Source: Tricharina praecox
Lineage: Eukaryota
Direction of reading: 5' to 3'
Assembly: GCF_024521635.1 (NCBI RefSeq)
Contig: NW_026250413.1
Span: 248,001-312,000 of the forward strand
Length of the DNA: 64,000 bases
Position 1 is the first letter of the stretch. Each line of letters opens with the position of its first letter. A model generated the notes under the pieces. It was not told where the DNA came from. It saw nothing but the letters and a program-made list of their open reading frames with translations, and did not search any database. The position numbers and the translations under genes were made by a program. Positions 12,901 to 25,869 of the stretch are shown one piece after another.

Positions 12901-13444
12901 TCTCTCCGTCTCTTCTATCTCTCGGTTACGACGCGCGCTCGCGGGTTCGAAAATTATTTTACTGCTTTACTTCTTGCTTTTTCAGCTGGTGTTTTCTTTC
13001 AGCTGGTGGGTGCGCGATTGCGGGTGCAGCTAGCAACTCAATTACTAGCTCAATACGCACGGACTACGCTGGTAAGGTGGTAGTGGATTGATCCGGCCGG
13101 TGCTAGGTGGACGTCGGACTCGGACGCGAGGATGGAAAGTCTAATTTGGGGACGGTGACTTCTGGATGGTTGGATGGATGGATGGATGGAAGATAATTGA
13201 TCCGGCCGGTGCGGTGCGGTGGAATCTGGATGCGAGGACTGGAATTTTCTACTGGATGGATGGATGGATGGCTATCCTCGTCCTTTCGCACCCCCCCCAC
13301 TCCCAGGCGCGTTCAGTTGCCCGCAGCAGCTACGGTCTAGACGGGACACATCATCCCTCCCCACCGCCCCGCATGCAGTCGTGATGGTTATCTCGATGTA
13401 AAATATTTAACTTTTAGATACGCGGCCTCACTACTACAGCCTAC

Positions 13445-15157
13445 CTACCACATAGCCTGCTCGTAACTCTGCCTCATCCCCTCCACCGTCATGTCCTCTG
13501 CGACCGGGTCCGCACCCAACGGCTGCGGATCCTTCAATGCCACCGGCTCCTGCAGCTCCTCGGGCTCGCCCCCCCCACCGAACGGCTTCAGCTCCTCCAA
13601 TGCCACCGGCTCCTGCAGCACCTCAGGCTCGCGACCCCCACCGAACGGCTTCAGCTCCTCCAATGCCACCGGCTCCTGCAGCACCTCAGGCTCGCGACCC
13701 CCACCCACCGCCTCCACCGCCGTCGCACCTCCCTCCAAACCACCCAGCGCGCCATAGAACCTCCCGAACGCCTTTCCCAGATCGCCCGCGCCCTCCGTCG
13801 CGCCTCCAGCCAGCCCATTAGCCCAAGCGCTGACGGGGCCCTCGCGGAGCCTCTTCACGCCGCCCGCCAGCGCCCTCATCTGCCTGACCGAGCTCTCGAC
13901 GTCGGCCTCGTCCGCCTCCAGATCCAGCACCCTGCCGAGCACCCTGCGCACGCCGCCCTGCGCGTCCAGCAGCGCCCTATCGACAGCTCTCGCGCGCCAG
14001 CGCAGCGCGCTCACGAGGCCCGCATAGTTCCGGCGCAGCGTGGATTCCCACGCCGCCGAGGAGATCGCGGGGACGCCCTGCGGTGGAGAGGAGGTGCGCC
14101 CGCTCTGCTGCAGGAGGTAGCCGCCGAACCGCCTTAGCAGCCGCGTGCACGCCGCCAGGTGGAAGTTCACCTCGGTGATGGTCGCGCATAGGTCATGCTG
14201 CGAAGAGCCGGCGAGGAGGAGCAGCGGCGGGAGGAGCGTGTTGCTGCTGTTTTGGAAGGTGGCGGTCGAGACGAGGTGGCTGTGTGTGCGTGTGAGCAGC
14301 GTGTGGATCGTGTGATGACGGGAGTCGGACCAGGCGGGGCAGGTGGGGTCGAGTAGGCAGGCGAGGGGTGTGGGAAGGTGCACTTCGGGGAGTGGGAGTT
14401 CGAGTGATGATATCGGCGCTGGTACCCCGCCGAGGACGCCGGCGCGCCAGCCAAAGTATATGGCAAGTAGGATGGAGGCGAATAGGACGACGGTGGAGGT
14501 GAGGAGTCCGTATACAGCTCGGAGCACCCGACGCTCCTGGTGGATGGGGTAATACATCTGACGAAGACGTTCGCTCCGCCTTACTCCGTCGCGACTGGGC
14601 GGCCGCCATAGGAGCTTACTGCACTTCGGTACCTGGTCCCAGTCGTTCGTGAAGTCTATGGGGCTATGCGGATCCGGCGTCTGTAGATAGTACGAATCGT
14701 CCCCTTCCGAGGTGGACTCGTTGGCTTCGGTGAGCGGCGTGGATTCCCGCATGCGCCAGCGACGTCGGTGCCCCGGAAGACTACAGGCGCGCTGTTGCCG
14801 TGGCGAGGCGGAGGGGGAGATGAGGGAGCCAACGAGCCGCCGCAGGGTGGTCGGCGTGTAGAATTGCTCGGGGTCGGGTGTCTCCCGTCTTGGTGTGCTG
14901 GGTGCCACCAACGGTGACGCCGCTTCGGGGTGCACCCGTATGGATATGGACAATACATCCGTTCCCTCCGCTTCCTCGTCCTCTACCGTCGGCAGAGTCT
15001 CCGCGGCCGGGTGCGATCCCGCGTGTGAATACCACGCCGCGCTGATGGTAGGATTCTTCACTTCCGATATCGTTTCGGGCACCAGGTTGGCGGGGAGACT
15101 TAGGCGGCCCAAGCGGCATCGCTCCGCAGGGTGGATCGTGTCGGGCTCGGATGCCAT
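13445..15157 (-). CDS. Hypothetical single-pass membrane protein (~570 aa) with C-terminal 21-aa tandem repeats
   Basis: Long ORF; probable ATG 15157 (MASEPDT); hydrophobic helix AVYGLLTSTVVLFASILLAIYFGW; three copies of a GGGREPEVLQEPVALEELKPF-like unit. Confidence 0.75.
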   Translation of the reverse strand: MASEPDTIHPAERCRLGRLSLPANLVPETISEVKNPTISAAWYSHAGSHPAAETLPTVEDEEAEGTDVLSISIRVHPEAASPLVAPSTPRRETPDPEQFYTPTTLRRLVGSLISPSASPRQQRACSLPGHRRRWRMRESTPLTEANESTSEGDDSYYLQTPDPHSPIDFTNDWDQVPKCSKLLWRPPSRDGVRRSERLRQMYYPIHQERRVLRAVYGLLTSTVVLFASILLAIYFGWRAGVLGGVPAPISSLELPLPEVHLPTPLACLLDPTCPAWSDSRHHTIHTLLTRTHSHLVSTATFQNSSNTLLPPLLLLAGSSQHDLCATITEVNFHLAACTRLLRRFGGYLLQQSGRTSSPPQGVPAISSAAWESTLRRNYAGLVSALRWRARAVDRALLDAQGGVRRVLGRVLDLEADEADVESSVRQMRALAGGVKRLREGPVSAWANGLAGGATEGAGDLGKAFGRFYGALGGLEGGATAVEAVGGGREPEVLQEPVALEELKPFGGGREPEVLQEPVALEELKPFGGGGEPEELQEPVALKDPQPLGADPVAEDMTVEGMRQSYEQAMW

Positions 15158-15431
15158 CTTTTGTGGGATGATTTTGTGGAAGACTGGACGACGAAGTGAG
15201 TCCCGTTGCAAGTAGTATATGTACATAGGCTGGGGGGAATTTTCTTGTCGGCCGCCAGGTATATGGATGACGAGCTGGCTTTGTTTCGATGTTCCATCGA
15301 TCGTTTCTTTGTCTCGCCCGCGCCCGCGACTGCGTCTCCGTGGAAATGGAGGCAGATATACCCATACGCACCCGCTACGGAATCCAAATCAAAACGCCTT
15401 TCGCCAATCCCAAACGCCGTGCTCTCTCCGC

Positions 15432-15976
15432 CTATTTGCCTCCAGTGCCCTCAATAATCTTCCCCACCTCCTCCATCAGCTCCGGAAAGCTAACCTCCAT
15501 CTGCGCAGCGAGCACATCCCTGAACCTCTTGAATGCCCTCCTCTTCCCATTCATGAACTGATTCTGCTTGACCACCAATTCGACAAACTCCCGTGTATAA
15601 ATATCCGGATTTCTGCCGTCCTCGACGTACTGTATAACCTCCCGCGGCAGCGCTGCAGTCGCGGGGACACTTGTCGCCGTGCTGTCCAGGCGTTGGAATT
15701 GGTCGACGAGCTCTTTACTAAGGGAGCGTCAGTGGGAATAGAGAATATAGCGGAGGCGGTGGGGGGGGACGGACATTGTGGTGGCGATGATTTCGTTTGA
15801 TTCTGCGCCGCCCTCGTGGCTGTGCACGCGCACTTGGAGCTCGTAGAGGGTTTGGATTATTCGGTGCATGTCGCCTACATACTGGGTTTAGCTAGGGACG
15901 TTTCTGCGAACGAACGGACGGAATCCATACGCTCGACACCGGCGAGCGGCCCGGCGCTGGGTGTTGGTGGGGCCAT
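15432..15976 (-). CDS. MED10: Mediator subunit 10; 3 exons (15976-15931, 15874-15775, 15717-15432), 143 aa
   Basis: Spliced product contains LPREVIQYVEDGRNPDIYTREFVELVVKQNQFMNGK..F..FRDVLA, the Med10/Nut2 signature. Absent from the ORF track because of introns. Confidence 0.93.
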
Positions 15977-18468
15977 GGTCGTGATCGTGGTCGTGAGTGG
16001 TGGGAATGTGGGAAGACGTGAGCGTGTCGCGAGAAGGTGGGAGCTTCAGGTGGAGACAAGGGTTCGCCGCGGGCTTGGCAGGTACATGCGCCCCTTGAGG
16101 GAACAACAGGCGCTGAACCGCTGGTCGCTGTCTCAATTCTACCTCAACTTTTCCAAGAGCGCAATCATCTACAATACCAAAGATGCAAAAACGATGTTTC
16201 CATGACCCATCTACACGGACGGTACTCTAACCACGGCGATATCATAACCCCAGTCCTGGTTAGGGTATTTTGTTTGAATAGTGCAAAGCTGTCACACTAA
16301 AACATCCAGCAACATGGCGCAGCGGAAGCGCGCCGGGCTCATAACCCGGAGGTCCCTCGATCGAAACGAGGTGTTGCTACGACGATTCGGCCCCTAAGTC
16401 CTTGCGTGGGGGCGTTCCTTTTTGTTTTTGTTTCTGTTTGGCGATGGGTGACGGATAGGGGAGCAGGCGGAGACCAGTGAGAGCAATTTCTTCAGCGTCA
16501 GCCGAGATGTCTGGCTACTGATGCATGGTCTATTATATTCTGTCGATCCTAAATATTTGTACATACGTGGGCACTCCTTCCCGTACATACAGGCTGCCGA
16601 CAACGATTCTCCACAAACGCTTGGTGGAGGCATATCTACATATCCACAGACTCTGGTCCAAGTCCAATCTACTGAATTCACTCTCACAGAAATGGGTATC
16701 ATATTCTCTCTCTCAAATGCTCATCTAGGAATGCTAATACAAGTACAGGGCTCATTACGACAACTCCCGTGTGGTCTACACCTTGGTGCGTTTAACGCTG
16801 GGAGTTGTGGCATCTATGGCCATCCTCTTTCCGGAGAGGCTCGCCGTAGTCGTAGAGCGAGTACCGGCAACGGCCTTGCCCTTCGCCTTGCTGGAGGTAA
16901 TGGGACCGGTGGCGTTGCTGGTGGTGGAGGCAGAGGCGGCTTTGTCCTGAGAGATCTTTCCCCCAATATGTCCCTGGGAGCTCAGACTTCTTCAGACAGG
17001 CTCGGCTTTCGGTCAGAGTCAGAGTTAGAGTCAGAGATAAGTACTCAGAGATATGTAGGTACTCTGCTGGCATTCTGCTCTGCTCCCGCCGACGACGGGA
17101 AAGGGCCGGGCCGGTGAGCGACGTATGTATAGTAGGTACGTATCCCGTGCAGAGGCCACCACCATCGATATGTCAGCATTGCCAGGGCTGTTTCTACATA
17201 CACTGGGCCTTCTACACCGTACTGTAGTAGTAGTATCCCCGCGATCACGCCCTCCAGCAGTCCTCTACAGAAACCACCACACGGGACAGGCGACAGGGGA
17301 GAGGCGCGGGTGATGCGACGGCGGCCCATATTGTATTATAATATTGAGATCCGTTCGTTGATTAGTTAGTCAGTCATAACGGGAGGCCTGGCCTGCTAGG
17401 TGTCCATCTTTTCTTTCTCTCGAGGCTCAAGGCTCTCTCAATACAATACATGTTACCTTTAATATCATCCATTACAATCCGACAGCCCACAACCAGACCG
17501 GGCCGAACCATATCCTATGACCGCGCGCCGACGTGCCCGCCCGCCATCACGTATCACGTGCCCGCCCACCCTTCTCGCGACCGCTTGGCCGCTCGGCGGG
17601 CATCTCGCCACTACCCTACCACTACGCGCGATCCCTGTCCCTGCCGGTTCTGGAAGCTATCATAGGGGCCGGCCGGTAGATACATGATAGGGCAGGGGGA
17701 GATCGACGATTCCAGTGCATGCTGTGGCCTGTGGGCTGTCGGTTTTCGCTGGGGTTTTGCTGGATCCAACGGCCACGCAGCAGCATCGACTCTCGGTGGA
17801 AGTGGAAAGTTTTTTTTTCCTTTCCACGCTTCGACCGTGAAAACGCTGATTGGCTGGACGGGAGGTGGGAACATGGTGCGCGCGGAACAAAGAGTAAAAA
17901 CGATGAGTCCCGAGACAGAGAGATCGAGATAGATAGAGATACAGATGGAGATAACGATACAGATACCTAGATCCCTCCCGTCTGAGCTTTGTCGTATCCC
18001 ATGTTCCTTTGAAAGCGAAGGCGAGACCGAAACGAACTTGAACCTGAACATGGTGACTTCACAGCTGGTACTCCACCAGTACTTGCTCCGCTACCCTAAG
18101 AGAGCCTTGGCGCGCGTTCTGGACGAGCTTGGCACAAAAACGCCCCACCAATCCACCACGCTTCGCACATCAGAAGTACTTGGCATGTACCGTTGGTCGT
18201 CCAGTCACCCCCACAATCGTCATCACATACTACTTCACCGCACTCACACACCCAGGACCCAGCTGGCTTCAAATTTTTGTTGCGGCGAACCAACAACCAC
18301 GAACGAACGCACTGACCTGAACTTTCTTTCTTCCTCAACCACGACCCACAACCTTAACCCCACCAACCTTCAACCTTCAGCCACGACCACAGACAACACA
18401 TATCCAGATCGTTGCTGATTGACTCATTCCAAGACCCATCCTCTTCCAGTTGAGTAGAGAATACAAAG

Positions 18469-18587
18469 GTACATTCCGTCCTGTCTTTCGTCTACTCACT
18501 GGCACGAAAGAGAGCGAGAGAGAAAGAAAGCGTGTGTTCCATGCTATCGCCTCGACCGTATTCTAACGCGACCGATCGCATATATAG
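18469..18587 (+). other. Probable 5'-UTR intron of PFK26
   Basis: AAG|GTACAT donor, TTCTAAC branch at ~18561, TAG acceptor 8 nt before the ATG. Confidence 0.55.
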
Positions 18588-18595
18588 ACAAGTCT

Positions 18596-21061
<2,466 letters not shown>

Positions 21062-22342
21062 CCTTTTCATCTGTTCGTTTCCGGTTGATTTTTTTCGTTT
21101 TCTTTTGCGCGCGATGGGATGGCGATGGCGATGCGGGGTATATCATGGGGGCGTTTAATGGGTGTTTTTCTTGCTACTTGCTACTACTACTTGCTGAGGG
21201 ATCGATCGATCTGAATGGTGTTTCGGTGTATGCTTTCTTCTTCTTTTTGTTTGTTTTGTTTTGTTGGGGATTTGACTGGAATGGACTGGCTTGCGAAGGC
21301 GAAGGGTGAAGAATTCGAATACATAGATTTCTCTTCACGGTTGACTGCGCACATGACACATGGGATATCATTCGCCCTCACTTTGATATCACAACTCGCG
21401 CCGGGTGGTCATGAGAATCAATGATTAAACAATAATAAAAGAACAAAACGGTGGCCATGAGAAATAGTCCTTAACACTATTAACCCAAGTACATAGTCTG
21501 AAGAACACACCCGCATCATACCGCGTCGTTCCAGTGTTGTGTTGTTTATTCGTACATCCCATCCCATCCTCTCCCTTTTCTCTTCACAAAACCCGTTAAA
21601 ACTGTTAAAACTCCGCACACTCCAGACCAGATCATCACGCCAAGGGGGTAAGGTAAAACAAACAGAGTATCCCGATAGAAAACGGAAATACTGGAATGGG
21701 AGGAAAAATTCAAAAAATCGCATTCAGTTGTTAGTTTGTTTGTTTGAAACCTCCCTTCGTCCCTCCGTCCACTGCATCCATCCACTCCGCGAACTCCCCA
21801 TACACGTCTCCATTGCCATTTCCACTTGAATCCCTTTCTGTGAATCCTCTTTCTGTGGATCCCTTTCTGTGGATCCCCTTTCTGCAAAACAAAGCAAAGC
21901 GAAGCAAAACAATACCATCCAATCCAATCCAATCCCATGGCACACCAGAGTCCCATCCCGAATGAAAAGAAAAACAAGGTACACAAGTAGGGTACCTAGC
22001 ATAGCGTATACCGACCGACTGATCGATCATAGACCGTGGACCGTGCGATCCCGACCAGACAGACAGACAAAAAAACACTAGAGAAATACAAAGGAAGTAA
22101 CAGTTACAAAAAAAAAGAGAAAAAAAGCAAAACTCGCAAGTTAGTAGCAGAAACATAGCAAAAGACGTAAAAAAAACGTAAAAACCGCAGCAGGAAGCAG
22201 GCAGAATTTCGAAAAGACCAGATTGATTATCTCATTCGTCATCGTTCCTCATCCCATCCCATCTCATCTCATCTCGTCCAAGTATCATCATCACCGAGCA
22301 ATTCCCCGTCCACCTCCGATCGTCACGTCTCAGTAAGTCAGG

Positions 22343-24423
22343 TTAGTTACCGGCGGCAGTACCAGCCTGCTGCTGCTGCGCGCGGTACCCGCCGCCCGTT
22401 CCGCTGCCTCCACGGGAGTATCCAAAGCCTCTTCCGCGGTACCCACCCCTAGCTCTGCCGCGGCCGCCCCTCCATCCGCCACGGTATCCGCTGCCATACC
22501 CATCAACGCTTCCCTGGCCAAAGGTCTCAAGGTTCTTCTTCTGCTCTTCGGAGCGGAACTGTGCGCCGCCTCTACGCTCGCCGGGAACTGCCTCAGCACG
22601 CTCCTTATTCTCGCAGGAGATGTTGTCAAAGAAGCTTGACTTCTTGTTGTAGAAGCCGTCTTTCGGGGGCGGCGGAATACTGACGGCGGCCTCGTCGGTG
22701 TTGGCCGACTGCTCTTCCGTCGACGATGCGGGCTCCGTGACGTGGGGTGCGTTCTCGTCCGTGCCCGACGCGATCGCCTCCTTGACCAGGTCTTGCTTGT
22801 TGAACTTCTCGTTGTTGCCCTGGAAGTCGAAGTCTGTCGTGGGAACCTCCACCTTGCGCGTCTGCTGGTTGAAGTTTCCACGTAAACTACCGCGGCCACG
22901 GCCGGCGACAAAGTTGCCGGTGCCGGGCTGCTGGCGCGTGCGCGCTTGGTGGTGAGTCACCTGGACGCCGGGGGCTGGGACATTTGGTACCGGACCGTCG
23001 ACGGCACGGGGGCTGTTGGTGTGGTTGGCGTTATTGGTGTTGCTATTGGTGGTGGCGGTTGGCTTCGGCGCTGCAGCAGCATTTCCAGCTGTCACGGCCA
23101 AGCGATTGACCTTGTCGGCGAGATCCCTAACCGCGGCACTGGTAGCATTTGCACTCGCGGCTGCTTCAGGCTTCGGAGGAAGCTGCGCAGGAGATGCTGC
23201 AGCATTGTTCGCTGTGGTGGTAGTTGAAGGTCTAGCGGCTGGCGACGTTCGGGGGAGAGCGGGGACGATTCCACCACGTGCCTTGGGTCCGGAAGGAGCA
23301 GTGGCAGGATTGTGGGGGGCAGCGGCTACAGGCGCACCGGCATTGGTCTGTTCGGACAGCTTGGGTTGGTTGGTGTTCTCGCCTTTGGGTTGCTGTTGCA
23401 CAGGCGCTGCGGTAGGCTGGGCGGGCTGCTCCTGCGGCTTGGGAGCTTGCGCAGGAGGCTGACGAGAGGCACCGGGGACCTGACGATTCGCAGAGGGGCC
23501 GATCGGAGCTTGTGGAGGCGCTCTGTTCTGTGGACCAGTTGGCGGCTGCTGCTGGTTAGGCTGCGGGGGCTGCTGCTGCTGCATAGGCTGCTGTGGGGCT
23601 TGATGAGGCTGCTGGTGCGGGGGCTGCAGCGGGTGAGGCTGTTGCTGTGGAGGCTGCTGCTGTGGACCAGCCAATCCAGGACCTGGCATTCCCATAGGAG
23701 ACTGACCACCCATCGGCGGCGGGTAAGCTCCAAACATGCCAGCAGCCTGGTAAGGACTAGGGCCGGGTCCGTAGCCGCGATGCTGTTGCTGAGGCGGGGG
23801 AAACTGGTAATACGGCGGCATTCCCATCGGAGGCGGGGCCTGTTGCTGCTGGAACTGCCCAGGCGGAGGCTGTGGTGGCGCATACGGACGAGAGCTTTGC
23901 TATTGCACGCACATTCATCAGCCTCCCCCTCCCCTCCCAATCACCTTCCCGCCAATACTTACACCCAAGATAGCTGGATCATCCAGCTGCGGCGGTGGGA
24001 TAGGTGGCTTCTTCTGCGCCGGCTCCTCAATCCTCAAGTCCTTAACGTCGCTTCCACGGAATACAATGTATTCGTAGACATTTTCCGAGCCCGCAATTTC
24101 CCCATCGCCCCCGCGTCTGCCCTCCGTGCCATGCGACACCACCTGCTCGAGCGCTACCGTGCTGGTCTCGGAATTGATCTCGTGGAGGGTACCGACATAT
24201 CTACCTCATGTTAGAGGCTGAAGCCTGGGGGACGACGACGAGGAGGGGGGGATGAACCGTATGTTGCTCTTCGAAATCAACGAGATGCGAGCACTGTACA
24301 ACAAAAGAAAGACTATCAGCAGCTCTCCTCGTATACCTCATATCTACCATCACCAAGTAAGGAGGCGGGGTGGATGGGAGGGAGTGAAGGGGGGGAGAGG
24401 ACATACCCAATGAATTCCGTCAT
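22343..24423 (-). CDS. SCD6: Scd6/Lsm14/Sum2 P-body protein, 4 exons
   Basis: MTEFIGARISLISKSNIRYVGTLHEIN..GTEGRR..YEYIVFRGSDVKDL (Lsm14 domain), DFDF (FDF), SSFFDNISC (FFD), NLETFG (TFG) and an RGG tail. Confidence 0.95.
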
Positions 24424-24808
24424 AATCTACTCGTCAGGTTCACGCCCCCGGAGCTTCCTTAACGATGTCGAAGCTGAAGTGGCGGATGCTGGGGTTTTGA
24501 TTGAATTGTTATTGTTTTCTGATGTGCGATGTGATGTGATGGTTGAGGAAGACACGACGACGACGGGGGCAGAGACAGAGAGAGAGGACTTGGGAGGGAG
24601 GGCTTTTGGCGAGCTGCATCCTACCATCCACCGATCCACCCAACCCACCCACCCACTCACAGATTGTTCGCTACCCGGCCCTTTTTTAACTTTGCTAGGG
24701 CCAGTCCGCATTCCATTTCGGGCCCAAACAAAACAACACCAACTGCTATCTACTCTACACACTCCCAAGCTCCAACTCAGCGACAGACATCCATACATCA
24801 ACTCGACA

Positions 24809-25151
24809 ATGCCACCGACAACCCCCTACCCCCGCTCCGTCGTGAAGCGCATAGCAAAAGCGCACACTGGCTTCAACGTCGGCAAGAACGTCGATATACA
24901 GCTATACCTCCAGTACAAGCTCTTCATGCAAGAGTCAGTCTCCATAGCTCGGTTGGTGGTGGTGGAGACCTATCTGACGCGTCACAGATTATTGCGAGAA
25001 GCAGACCTCAAGGCGCGTAAACGGGGAGCTACCAGAATCTCGCCCACAGATATCAAGAAGGTCACTTCGGTATGTGCGAGCTCGAGAAGAAGGGAAGAAA
25101 AGGAACTGATTGAGATCGTGGTAGGATGTCTTGCAGAAATTCAAGGTCTAG
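24809..25151 (+). CDS. CENP-W/Wip1-like histone-fold protein; exons 24809-24933, 24988-25069, 25125-25151; 77 aa
   Basis: MPPTTPYPRSVVKRIAKAH..VGKNVDIQLYLQYKLFMQELLREA..RISPTDIKKVTSDVLQKFKV fits the fungal CENP-W pattern and size. Confidence 0.8.
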
Positions 25152-25869
25152 AGACAACCGAACTGGGAAGGCGTTTTGATATGGCTGGGTCGTTTTGCTT
25201 CTGGGCGGGGCGTTACTGGAGTTCGGGGGTCGAGAATCATCTGTAATACCGCTCGACTTCTACTGTATTGTTTTCGTTCTTCTTTCGAGCATCAATCAAA
25301 GCATCGATTTTACACGCGCAGCGAGGCGGTCGTAGTTACTGAGATGGGCATAAGCTGGAACCTTATATAAAGCTCACAGAACGGACAGACAGAAAAGCAG
25401 AGACAGCAAAGCAAATACGACGAACGACATAAGACGAGACGGAAACCAGACAAGCAAAGAAACTGGAACACAAAAGGACTCCGGATCCTCCATTCAAAAG
25501 ACCATAATCCAAGAAAAACAAGCCACCGCCCGCCCAATGCAATCACAGTCAAACGAATGCGCAACCTTCCTCTCCGCTGGCCCAGTCTTCCCATCAGGTT
25601 ACCTACGACATCCGCAGCCTTTCCCAGTTCACCAATCCACCCCGCAATTGCCCATCCAGACGCATACCGTTCTGCAACAACTACTAAGAAGCACGGAACG
25701 AGTGCATCCAGCGATAATACCCGGACGGGGAGGTGATGAAAAGATTGTTAAGTGAAGAAGACCGCGAAATGCTCCCATCTAAAATTATCTAGAAGCAGTA
25801 GTAGAAGTTTCGAACTGTGATCAGGACGGACTGGCGACACGGAAAAAGAAAAGGCACGGAAACGATTGT

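Noticed and set aside
16521-17117. 198-aa plus-strand ORF
   Set aside because: No recognisable motifs; part of it is antisense to a more coding-like minus-strand frame.
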